Assembly: GCA_039804245.1 (NCBI GenBank)
Contig: JBDLWO010000065.1
Span: 764 to 64,763 of the forward strand
Source: Bacteroidota bacterium
GTDB taxonomy: Bacteria > Bacteroidota > Bacteroidia > Chitinophagales > Saprospiraceae
Length of the DNA stretch: 64,000 nt
Direction: 5' to 3'
Shown here: positions 1-8,510 of the stretch, piece by piece
Numbering within the stretch: position 1 is the stretch's first letter
Layout of the letters: each line of letters begins with the position of its first letter
Notes under the pieces: generated by a model
Told to the model about the DNA's origin: nothing
The model's input: only the letters and a program-made list of their open reading frames with translations
Database searches by the model: none
Translations under genes and position numbers: made by a program

Positions 1-2
1 AC

Positions 3-173
3 CTGGTGGATGTAACCGTATATCTTACCAATATGCAGCGCGATTTTTCCACCTACAACCGGGTATGGGCAGAATATTTCAGCGAGAATCCGCCCTGCCG
101 TACTACACTGGGGATAGACAGTCTGCCCACTCCGATTGCCATTGAACTGAAATGTATAGCCGTTATTCCCTGA
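3..173 (+). CDS. RidA/YjgF-family protein, C-terminal fragment (5' end outside the window)
   Basis: My own translation from nt 3 gives LVDVTVYLTNMQRDFSTYNRVWAEYFSENPPCRTTLGIDSLPTPIAIELKCIAVIP*, with stop TGA at 171-173. This fits the conserved RidA C-terminal pattern (V.VYL.DM.DF...N.V..EYF....PARTT..V..LP....IEI..IA). It is absent from the ORF track because no start codon lies in the window. Confidence 0.7.
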   Translation: MVDVTVYLTNMQRDFSTYNRVWAEYFSENPPCRTTLGIDSLPTPIAIELKCIAVIP

Positions 174-178
174 AGTAT

Positions 179-1531
179 ATGACGCACCTGACCAGCACAC
201 TGCCCCATGAAGCCCTTTTCAGCGCCCTTCGCCGTACTGAATTCAGTCGTATTGACCAGAACGGACAGGTATATCTCGACTATACTGGCGGGAACCTGTA
301 TCCGCAGAGTCAGATCATGATTCACCACAACATGCTCTGTAACGAAATACTGGGAAATCCGCACTCCACCAACCCGTCGTCGCAACGATCCACTGAAAAG
401 GTGGAGGCTACCCGCAGGAAGGTGATTGAATTTTTCAATGCAGACGATTACTTCTGTATTTTCACGCAGAATGCCACTGGCGCCCTTAAAATTGTAGGCG
501 AGTGCTACCCGTTCAACGAGAGCAGCTACTATCTGGCTTTGGCCGACAATCACAATTCCGTGAACGGAATCCGTGAATTCTGCCTGCACAAGGGTGGGCA
601 TTATGAATACTGCCCTATTCATTACGAGGATCTGCGTATTGACGGGGAGCGACTGGAGGAACTGCTTTCAGCGCATCCTGATGCGCACGACAAGCTGTTT
701 GCCTTCCCTGCGCAATCAAACGTTTCAGGTGTGAAACACGATCTCGGCTGGATAAAAAAAGCGGCAGATCAGGGTTGGGATGTGCTGCTGGATGCAGCAG
801 CATTTGTACCCACCTCCCGCCTCGACCTGCAGGAATACAAGCCCGATTTTGTATCGGTGTCATTTTACAAGATTTTCGGCTATCCAACAGGAATTGGATG
901 CCTGCTGGTAAAAAAGAGCAAGTTCGACAAACTGAAAAAACCCTGGTTTGCAGGAGGCACTGTAACACTGGCATCCGTTGCCACCCCCGCTTTCTTCCTG
1001 ACAGGCAACCACGAGCGGTTTGAAGATGGCACCGTAAACTACCTGGATATTCCTGCAGTCAATACCGGACTCGATTTCATTGAGTCGGTCGGAATTGATC
1101 AGATTTCAGAACGGGTTTCGGCTCTGATCAACTACCTGTACAGGGAGCTACAGCACCTCAGGCACCCGAATGATACCCCAAGAGTAAGGATTTTCGGTCC
1201 GGAGGATCGAAAGAATGTTGGTGGCACACTGATTATGAACTTCCTTACTCCCGATGGAGATCGAATTCCGTTTGAAGAGGTAGAACAGCTGGCCAACGAG
1301 GCCCGTATTTCCATACGGTCTGGTTGCTTCTGCAATCCGGGTATAGACGAAGTGAATAATTGTATCACAGGACCTGAACTGTCGAAGTACTTCTCAAGCC
1401 GCGACAGGGGGAACTACAGGGATATGATGGCGTCGCTGGGTATTATGCGGGGTGCTACCCGGGTATCGGTGGGCATTGCCACTTCCGTTGCAGACCTCGA
1501 CCGGTTCGTGCGATTTGTCGCTTCCATGTAA
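179..1531 (+). CDS. Class V-fold PLP-dependent aminotransferase/desulfurase, resembling the N-terminal domain of molybdenum-cofactor sulfurase
   Basis: The track ORF is 152-1531. I prefer the ATG at 179, which lies just after the RidA stop. Motifs: YLDYTGGNLYPQSQI, NATGALKIVGE, and the PLP-lysine context DFVSVSFYKIFGYPTGIGCLLVKK, typical of MOCOS-like class V enzymes. No MOSC domain follows. Confidence 0.75.
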   Translation: MTHLTSTLPHEALFSALRRTEFSRIDQNGQVYLDYTGGNLYPQSQIMIHHNMLCNEILGNPHSTNPSSQRSTEKVEATRRKVIEFFNADDYFCIFTQNATGALKIVGECYPFNESSYYLALADNHNSVNGIREFCLHKGGHYEYCPIHYEDLRIDGERLEELLSAHPDAHDKLFAFPAQSNVSGVKHDLGWIKKAADQGWDVLLDAAAFVPTSRLDLQEYKPDFVSVSFYKIFGYPTGIGCLLVKKSKFDKLKKPWFAGGTVTLASVATPAFFLTGNHERFEDGTVNYLDIPAVNTGLDFIESVGIDQISERVSALINYLYRELQHLRHPNDTPRVRIFGPEDRKNVGGTLIMNFLTPDGDRIPFEEVEQLANEARISIRSGCFCNPGIDEVNNCITGPELSKYFSSRDRGNYRDMMASLGIMRGATRVSVGIATSVADLDRFVRFVASM

Positions 1532-1596
1532 ATATCCTGATTACTGCCAACTTTCGGGCGGCTACAGCGTTATACGGACACAAGAATTACCGGCAA

Positions 1597-2472
1597 GTGG
1601 ACAACAACTCCGTCAACCATCCTGTCAAGCTCATTGAGTGCCCGCGTGATGCCATGCAGGGAGTACATCAGTTTATTGAAACGGAGAAAAAGGCCGCTTA
1701 CATAAATCAGCTGCTTCAGGTTGGTTTTGACACCCTCGATTTTGGATCTTTCGTCAGTCCGAAAGCAATCCCGCAAATGCGTGATACCGCTGATGTGCTG
1801 GGTATGCTCGATCTCTCGGCTACTCGCACTGAGTTGCTGGCCATTGTAGCCAATGAAAGAGGTGCCGAGGAGGCCTGCCGCTATCACCAGATACAATACC
1901 TGGGATACCCTTTCAGTATCAGTGAAACCTTTCAGTTGCGCAACACCAACGCTACCATTTCTGAAAGTCTGGAGCGGACCATGGCCATACAGGATTTGTG
2001 TTTGAGGCACGGCAAGAAACTGGTGATATACATTTCAATGGGATTTGGCAACCCGTATGGCGACCCGTGGAATGTCGAGATCGTACAGAAGTGGATAAAT
2101 GAGCTCATACCGCTGGGTATTGGCATTTTTTCACTGTCAGATACGATTGGATGCTCCAATCCAGACAACATTTCCTATCTTTTTTCCAATTTGATACCTG
2201 CATACCCGGAAATAGAATTCGGAGCACACCTGCACACACACCCGGCCACCTGGAAGGAAAAAATTGAAGCGGCCTGGCACAGTGGTTGCCGTCGTTTCGA
2301 CGGAGCACTGAATGGTCTGGGAGGCTGTCCGATGGCCAAAGATGAACTTACAGGCAATATGGCCACAGAGAACCTGATTGGATATTTCGACTCGGTCAGT
2401 GCCGGCCTGACAATTAACCGGGCAGCATTCTTTCACAGTCTTCAGATGGCAGGGAACGTGTTCCCGCACTAA
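1597..2472 (+). CDS. Hydroxymethylglutaryl-CoA lyase (HMGL-like TIM barrel)
   Basis: 291 aa. The motifs VKLIECPRDAMQG, DTLDFGSFVSPKAIPQM, SLSDTIGCSNP, GAHLHTHP and GLGGCPMA match the HMG-CoA lyase active-site pattern. The start codon is GTG at 1597; there is no nearby in-frame ATG. Confidence 0.85.
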   Translation: MDNNSVNHPVKLIECPRDAMQGVHQFIETEKKAAYINQLLQVGFDTLDFGSFVSPKAIPQMRDTADVLGMLDLSATRTELLAIVANERGAEEACRYHQIQYLGYPFSISETFQLRNTNATISESLERTMAIQDLCLRHGKKLVIYISMGFGNPYGDPWNVEIVQKWINELIPLGIGIFSLSDTIGCSNPDNISYLFSNLIPAYPEIEFGAHLHTHPATWKEKIEAAWHSGCRRFDGALNGLGGCPMAKDELTGNMATENLIGYFDSVSAGLTINRAAFFHSLQMAGNVFPH

Positions 2473-2487
2473 ATTCGCAAAATATCA

Positions 2488-5400
2488 ATGAAAATAGCCG
2501 AGTTTTCAGTCAGGAACAGTCAGTTTACCTTTATAGTATTCTGTTTCGTCATGGCCCTGGGAGCAGGTTCGCTGCTCCGGATGCCCAGAGCGGAGGATCC
2601 GAAATTCACCCCTCCCGGTTTCACGGTGGCTGTTGTATATCCGGGAGCTGGTCCCACGGAAATAGAGAAAAAGATAGCCGACCCGCTGGAAGCCAGGCTG
2701 GGGGCCCTGGAGAATATAGACCGGATGCGATCTGTAGCTTCCAACGGGTTCATGTTGCTCACCATTGAGTTCATACACGGACAGGATCCTGACAGGAAAT
2801 ATGAAGAGATTATCAGGGAAGTAAATGCCATCCGGCAGGAGTTGCCGCAGGATATCTACCGGATTGAAATCAGGAAGTTTTCTTCGTCAGATGTGGCCAT
2901 TCTGCAGGGTGCGCTCATCAGCGAAAATGCCTCATGGGCCGATCTGCGAAAAGAGGCGGAGCGCCTGGAAGAGGAGCTGGAAAAGCTGGATGGTATCAAG
3001 GGTGCGGATGTTCTGGCAACACCGGGCCGTGAAATACGCGTGGCCCTGAACCTGCCCCGCATGGCGGCAGAAAATTTGCCGGTTTCGAGGGTTCTGGGGG
3101 CTATACAGAGTGAAAACGTTAGTATTCCGGGTGGTTCTGTTGACATTGGCGCCAGAAAATTCTTTGTGGAAACCAGCGGTGACTATGAGAATATTGACCA
3201 GATCAGAAATACCGTTATCACAGGTAACGGTGGAAAAATAGTGTATTTGAAAGATGTGGCCACCGTGGACTGGGCCTATGAAAATATCACCCATCTCGCG
3301 CGGGTGAATGGCGTGCGCTGCGTATGGATAACAGCCCGCATGAAGGATGAGCAAAATATCTTTACGGTAGGCAGTTCGGTAGAAAAAGTGGTGGAGCGCT
3401 GGAAAGAATCGCTGCCGCCGAGCATGGATTACCGCAAAGTTTTTGACCAGAACGACTCCGTAAGCAAGCGGTTGATGCGTTTTGCGCGCGACTTTGCACT
3501 GGCTATTCTGCTTGTCCTGCTCACCCTGTTGCCACTCGGCTGGCGGGCATCGCTGGTCGTGATGATATCTATTCCGCTGAGTATTGCCATGGGACTTTTT
3601 GCCCTCGACGCGCTCGGGTATTCACTGAACCAGTTGTCTATTGTTGGATTCATCATTGCACTTGGCATTCTGGTGGACGACAGTATTGTGGTAGTGGAAA
3701 ACATAGAGCGATGGCTCAGAGATGGATACTCCCGCAAAGACGCTGCCATACTGGCCACGCGACAGATAGGCCTCGCTGTGATCGGGTGTACAGCCACACT
3801 CGTGCTGGCATTTCTGCCGCTTGTATTCATGCCGGAAGCGTCAGGGGATTTTATCAGGTCTTTACCCATGGCGGTTGTGCTCACCGTACTCGCCTCCCTG
3901 TTTGTTTCGCTAACCATTGTACCGTTTCTGAGCAGCAGGTTACTTGCTGAACGGCATGATCCGCGTGGCAATCTGTTCCTGCGTGGCCTGAAGTGGGTTA
4001 TTTCAGGTACGTACGCGCGGGTACTGCATGTAGCACTCGACCGGCCATGGACGACCGTGCTGGTATCGGTACTCATCTTTGCAGGAAGCGTCCTGATGGC
4101 CCTTTCTTCAGCATTCACACTGTTTCCGGCCTCAGAGCGACCGATGTTCTATATTGACATTGAAACAGCGCCGGGTAGCAACATGGCTCATACCGACCGG
4201 GTAGTCGGGATGGTTGACTCCGTTTTGAAGGAATATGTTGATCCTGGCTTCAGGTCACTCGCTACCATGTCAGACACAACGGAACCGGAATCGGTTTACC
4301 GTGGAGGAAGGGCGCATGTTACCTGGTTTTCCAGCAACACCGGCAGGGGTAATCCGAGGGTTTACTACAATGTGATACGTGAATTCGAAAGTCCGTCTTA
4401 CGGGCAGGTATTCGTTCAGTTACAGGAAAAAACACCACCTGCCGTAAAGGTGGCACTGATTGACGAGCTGAGACAGAAATTCCAGTTTATTCCGGATGCC
4501 AAAATCACAGTACAGAACTTTGAGCAGGGGCCACCGGTGGAAGCGCCTGTAGCGATCAGGGTTTATGCCGAGAACCTGGATACACTCCGGCATTTGTCGG
4601 CTGAAGTTGAGAAGGTCATCGCCTCCACAGAGGGTACGATATATCTGGACAACCCTATTGCTGCCGTGAAGACAGATATATACGTAAACATCAACAAGGA
4701 AAAAGCCGGAGCACTTGGCATACCCGTGGCAGATATTGACCGTACAGTCAGGCTGGCTATTGCAGGATTCAATATCGGCAAAATGACCTCTCCGGATAAT
4801 GGAGATGTCTTCCCTATCGTTGTGGGTGTGAACAGAACAGGTGCCACTCCCGATCTCGGCGTACTCGATCAGCTGTATGTAAGTAACGTACTCGGTACGG
4901 CCTATCCGCTGACCCAGGTTGCATCGCTGGAATTCAGACCCTCTCCGAATTTTATACAGCATTACAATAAAGAGCGATTTTCTGCGGTAAAGGCGCTGGT
5001 AAAAACAGGATATTATGCCACAGAAGTGAACAGGGAGATAGCCAAAAAACTGGAAACCATTGACCTCCCCCGGGGCAGCAGACTCGTGGTGGCTGGTGAA
5101 CAGGAAAGCGCAGAACGCTCCTTCAAGGGTATTGGAACCATCATAATAGTAGCTGTTTTCGGATTGATGGCGGTACTGATACTTGAATTTGGCACCTTTA
5201 AAAGCACCCTGATTGTTCTTTCTGTCATACCGCTGGGAGTAATCGGCGCAGTGGCGATGTTGTTGTTTGCCGGTTATCCGTTTTCATTCACAGCAGTAGT
5301 CGGGCTCATTGCATTGATGGGAATAGAAGTAAAGAACTCAATTCTGCTGGTTGATTTCACCAATCAGCTCAGGCAGGAGGGCAGAAGTATTGATGAGGCC

Positions 5401-5619
5401 GTTCAGGAAGCCGGGGAGATACGATTCGTACCTATTCTGCTCACTTCGCTCACGGCTATTGGCGGACTGTTACCCATCGCGGTGGAAGAGAACCCGTTGT
5501 ATTCGCCACTTGCCTACGTCCTGATCGGAGGACTCATTTCCAGTACACTCCTTTCAAGAATCGTGACCCCGGTATTATACAAACTCCTTGCTCCGAAAGT
5601 GGAGTCCCAGAAATCTTAA
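2488..5619 (+). CDS. RND efflux transporter permease (AcrB/AcrD/AcrF family)
   Basis: 1043 aa, a typical length. It shows a 12-TM-type layout with two large periplasmic loops. Motifs: N-terminal FSVRNSQFTFIVFCFVMALG, LSIVGFIIALGILVDDSIVVVENIERW and, in the C-terminal half, LIALMGIEVKNSILLVDF. Confidence 0.9.
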   Translation: MKIAEFSVRNSQFTFIVFCFVMALGAGSLLRMPRAEDPKFTPPGFTVAVVYPGAGPTEIEKKIADPLEARLGALENIDRMRSVASNGFMLLTIEFIHGQDPDRKYEEIIREVNAIRQELPQDIYRIEIRKFSSSDVAILQGALISENASWADLRKEAERLEEELEKLDGIKGADVLATPGREIRVALNLPRMAAENLPVSRVLGAIQSENVSIPGGSVDIGARKFFVETSGDYENIDQIRNTVITGNGGKIVYLKDVATVDWAYENITHLARVNGVRCVWITARMKDEQNIFTVGSSVEKVVERWKESLPPSMDYRKVFDQNDSVSKRLMRFARDFALAILLVLLTLLPLGWRASLVVMISIPLSIAMGLFALDALGYSLNQLSIVGFIIALGILVDDSIVVVENIERWLRDGYSRKDAAILATRQIGLAVIGCTATLVLAFLPLVFMPEASGDFIRSLPMAVVLTVLASLFVSLTIVPFLSSRLLAERHDPRGNLFLRGLKWVISGTYARVLHVALDRPWTTVLVSVLIFAGSVLMALSSAFTLFPASERPMFYIDIETAPGSNMAHTDRVVGMVDSVLKEYVDPGFRSLATMSDTTEPESVYRGGRAHVTWFSSNTGRGNPRVYYNVIREFESPSYGQVFVQLQEKTPPAVKVALIDELRQKFQFIPDAKITVQNFEQGPPVEAPVAIRVYAENLDTLRHLSAEVEKVIASTEGTIYLDNPIAAVKTDIYVNINKEKAGALGIPVADIDRTVRLAIAGFNIGKMTSPDNGDVFPIVVGVNRTGATPDLGVLDQLYVSNVLGTAYPLTQVASLEFRPSPNFIQHYNKERFSAVKALVKTGYYATEVNREIAKKLETIDLPRGSRLVVAGEQESAERSFKGIGTIIIVAVFGLMAVLILEFGTFKSTLIVLSVIPLGVIGAVAMLLFAGYPFSFTAVVGLIALMGIEVKNSILLVDFTNQLRQEGRSIDEAVQEAGEIRFVPILLTSLTAIGGLLPIAVEENPLYSPLAYVLIGGLISSTLLSRIVTPVLYKLLAPKVESQKS

Positions 5620-5630
5620 ACTAAAGAATC

Positions 5631-5915
5631 ATGCGTATAATTGGCATTATCCCACATCCTTACCTTGCGATCAGCATTTTCAGGAACGATCAGCGTATCA
5701 GCATCAAACTGGAAAATGAGTTATACGAGCAAACCTACAAACTCGGCGACGACGAGCGCTTTGCGAGTATCGAGGCCATTCATCAATTTGTGGATGAGCG
5801 ATTTCTGGAAGATGTCACCCGGATATTTATCCAGATGCATAGAGCACGAGTCGGCACGATGAGCAGGTTGGCCGGGCCGCAAAATACAGAACAGGATACG
5901 GAAGAAATAATTTAG
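5631..5915 (+). CDS. Hypothetical small protein (94 aa)
   Basis: ATG-started ORF 11 nt after the RND stop on the same strand, with an acidic C-terminus. No motif recognised. An overlapping 73-aa ORF in another frame is less plausible. Confidence 0.4.
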   Translation: MRIIGIIPHPYLAISIFRNDQRISIKLENELYEQTYKLGDDERFASIEAIHQFVDERFLEDVTRIFIQMHRARVGTMSRLAGPQNTEQDTEEII

Positions 5916-5921
5916 GCTACC

Positions 5922-6983
5922 CTACCAGCTGTTAAGCCGTTCCTCCTGTCCTGCGTACAGAGATTTAACTGCTTCGAGCAGCCAATCGCCGCTGAAAGTG
6001 ATGGTATAGTGGTGTGAAAAGTAAACAACCCAGTTGAAACCGGCGTCGAACACCATACCTTCATGGGGGCTGCTGAATATCTGTTCGGGGGAAATCTCGA
6101 AAAGCCCCTCTTCACAGTCGAGCAGGTACAACGGTCGTTCAACTCTTGTACGTATGATCTCTACTACTGCGGCCTTTTTGGACTCTTCCATCCCGTTCAG
6201 GAAGACGACCTCCACAGGCGAGGCGGGAGTAAGCGGATCCCAGAAATTGGAAGTAAAGTTCCATTTTTCTTCCAGTATTTTCCGCAGTGATTGTGCCACT
6301 TCTCCGGTTACCCTGACTCGTTCGGTATGTTCCCGGACAGGTTCCGGTTGAAACGGATCGCCCTGAAACAGAACAGGTAATTCACTGGCAATGGTGCGTG
6401 CCGATTTTTCCACCACCCTGAACAGTGTCCGGAGATATTCGGGTACATTCGGGTCTATAGGTATTTGTACCTGTTTTTCTCTGCGGCCTATATGTACGTC
6501 GAGGAGAAACTTGACGGGGGCAGCGGCGGCTGCCTGATCAACCATTTCGATTGCTGCATCGGTATTGAATACTACATAATAATACATATAGTTTCCCGAA
6601 AATCGGTCATTCCCTCTCGGGATGCCGTTACAGGTTTCTTCCAGCTGATTTTGTATCGGATCAATATATCCGCGCCTCCAGTCATCGAACCAGGGTGCGC
6701 CTGCGGGATACCCCGACCAGCGTTTCATCTGGAAGTGCAGCGTCATTACCTGCAATTGTTGCTGACTGGGCTTGCCATAGCCCTGATCACCCCATGAGAT
6801 AGCCTTTTCGCGAAGAAACTCCTGAGGATTGGCATCAGGAGGCAAAGGAGAGGACAGGGCGTGAGTGGGGCGATTCCCACACACGCCCGATTCAGTCAGG
6901 CATTTACCCGCTCGTGTGGCGAGCCTGACGTAATGCCAGCGCGTTTCAACCAGCTTGTACAGGATTATCTGATATTCTGTCAA
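5922..6983 (-). CDS. Hypothetical cytoplasmic protein (353 aa), function unknown
   Basis: Long ORF with coding-like composition, no signal peptide and no TM segment. The only start codon at the 5' end is TTG (6983). The N-terminal 70 aa are weakly reminiscent of a WGR-type fold (YQIILYKLVETRWHYVRL...GVCGNRP...QGYGKP), but I cannot confirm this. Confidence 0.6.
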   Translation of the reverse strand: MTEYQIILYKLVETRWHYVRLATRAGKCLTESGVCGNRPTHALSSPLPPDANPQEFLREKAISWGDQGYGKPSQQQLQVMTLHFQMKRWSGYPAGAPWFDDWRRGYIDPIQNQLEETCNGIPRGNDRFSGNYMYYYVVFNTDAAIEMVDQAAAAAPVKFLLDVHIGRREKQVQIPIDPNVPEYLRTLFRVVEKSARTIASELPVLFQGDPFQPEPVREHTERVRVTGEVAQSLRKILEEKWNFTSNFWDPLTPASPVEVVFLNGMEESKKAAVVEIIRTRVERPLYLLDCEEGLFEISPEQIFSSPHEGMVFDAGFNWVVYFSHHYTITFSGDWLLEAVKSLYAGQEERLNSW

Positions 6984-7097
6984 TTTGCAGTGCTTTGATT
7001 AGGGGGGGTACACTGTTGTAAAAAGATTATAAAAATCAGTGAAAAGTTCGTGCCAGTTTTCCCGAATAGCGCCCTTAATGATATTTTTTTCATAAAA

Positions 7098-8276
7098 TCA
7101 GTCTGTTTCTGTGATATTTTTTGATCCTTCGTACAGATCGAAGCGTTGGAAAGAACATTCGAGCGCTCCGTTGAACAGCGTGATCCTTCTGGATGGGCGG
7201 AGTCCAAAATGTTTCAGAGCATCCCTGTTGGAAGAAATTACCCAGGCATTCCATCCTGCCCAGTGTTGTTTCAGCCGATCTGCGATACCCTTGTAGAAAG
7301 AGACGGTATCTTCAACCCTCAGTCTTTCGTCGTAGGGAGGATTCATCATGAGTATTCCTGAAGCAGCCGGGGGGACCAGTTTTTCGAATGGTATCCGGTC
7401 AACTGTGACTACCCGTTCGAGGTTGGCAGCCATGAGATTTACAACTGTCGAGTTGCGCGCCCTGAGCTCCATATCCGAGGCGAGTATGGGAAAATCAATA
7501 TCGCAGATTTGTGTATCGGCGTCTGATTTTATCTGATTCCAGAGTGTGGCGTCGAAATCGGGCCATCTGAAGAAACCGAATTTTTCCCTGAAGTACTGGG
7601 GCGGCATCTTTTTGGCGAGCATGGTGGCTTCGACGGGTATTGTTCCGGATCCACACATCGGGTCGGCGAAAGCAGAACTGGCATCCCAGCCTGAGTGAAG
7701 AATCATGCCGGCTGCGAGCACTTCATTCAGAGGAGCTTCCACCGTATCCTTCCTGTAATTACGGCGATGGAGCGAATCGCCACTGGAGTCGAGCGACACG
7801 ATAACCGTAGTACCCTGAATATGAATATTAACCCTCAGAGATGGTGCAACAGTATTGACCGTCGGCCTGCGGTTATACTTGTCTCTGAACTGATCTACAA
7901 TAGCATCCTTGACGAGTTGCGCGACGTAGTGGGAGTGCGTGAACACCGTACCGCTGGTTACTGCGTCTATAGCGAGCGTATCACCGGGGCCAAGAAACTG
8001 CGACCAGTCAATATCCCTGATTCCACCATACAGATTGCTTTCGTTATAAGCCGGGAAAGAGGTGAGTTTTTTCAATATTCGCAGAGCTGTTCTGAGCTCA
8101 TAGTTGGCGCGATACATCATTCGGGTATCGCCTTCAAAGGCTACAGCCCGTTTGAGTTCACGAACACCCTGGGCGCCGATTGCCGACAGTTCAGCGGAGA
8201 GTACCGGCTCAAGGCCGGCCATGGTTTTAACGATAAAAGTGTGCAAGCGAATTATTTTGGCACAAAGGTACGACAT
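7098..8276 (-). CDS. THUMP-domain class I SAM-dependent RNA methyltransferase (RlmL/RlmK/YpsC-like, COG0116 type)
   Basis: The track ORF extends to 8429. I prefer the ATG at 8276 (MSYLCAKIIRLHTFIVKTMAGLEPVLSAEL), which gives the usual N-terminus. Motifs: THUMP-like region, SAM-binding FADPMCGSGTIPVEA, and catalytic MMNPPYDERL (an NPPY motif). Confidence 0.8.
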   Translation of the reverse strand: MSYLCAKIIRLHTFIVKTMAGLEPVLSAELSAIGAQGVRELKRAVAFEGDTRMMYRANYELRTALRILKKLTSFPAYNESNLYGGIRDIDWSQFLGPGDTLAIDAVTSGTVFTHSHYVAQLVKDAIVDQFRDKYNRRPTVNTVAPSLRVNIHIQGTTVIVSLDSSGDSLHRRNYRKDTVEAPLNEVLAAGMILHSGWDASSAFADPMCGSGTIPVEATMLAKKMPPQYFREKFGFFRWPDFDATLWNQIKSDADTQICDIDFPILASDMELRARNSTVVNLMAANLERVVTVDRIPFEKLVPPAASGILMMNPPYDERLRVEDTVSFYKGIADRLKQHWAGWNAWVISSNRDALKHFGLRPSRRITLFNGALECSFQRFDLYEGSKNITETD

Positions 8277-8441
8277 AAACAGGCTACAACGACGAAAGGC
8301 ATGCCGGAAGACATGCCTTTCGTATAAACCAACATTTAAAACCTGCTTTTTTCTAGCCGGAGGCTCATCCGCATCCGGGTCTGGAAGTAAAACGAAGTAT
8401 CTCACGGATTCGCTGCCTGTACCGCGCATATTCAGGAGATT

Positions 8442-8505
8442 TTCCGGGATTCTCTGCCGTTGGCAAAAAAGCTATTTTTGACTCGGCGACAGAATCCTGA
8501 ACAAG
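8442..8505 (+). repeat. Short (internally deleted) copy of the palindromic intergenic element family
   Basis: The left part ttccgggattctctgccgttggcaaaaaagc resembles the left end of the 49802 copy. The right part gctatttttgactcggcgacagaatcctgaacaag resembles its right end. The central ~80 bp are missing. The arms cgggattctctgccg and cggcgacagaatcctg can pair. It ends 5 nt from the stop codon of the 8511-11336 gene. Confidence 0.7.
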
Positions 8506-8510
8506 CGCTC

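Noticed and set aside
5641-5862. 73-aa ORF overlapping the 94-aa ORF in another frame.
   Set aside because: It is shorter, starts after the 94-aa ORF's ATG, and has Ser/Thr-rich, low-complexity composition. The 94-aa frame is the better, though still weak, candidate.
7695-8327. 210-aa plus-strand ORF. Similar antisense ORFs occur at 3429-4118, 12592-13287, 15088-15813, 16407-17006, 17834-18472, 19808-20422, 36511-37197, 46643-47206, 48536-49039, 50819-51568, 55217-55798, 57911-58552 and 59887-60630.
   Set aside because: Each lies wholly inside, and opposite to, a gene with strong family motifs. These are typical shadow ORFs of moderately GC-rich coding DNA.
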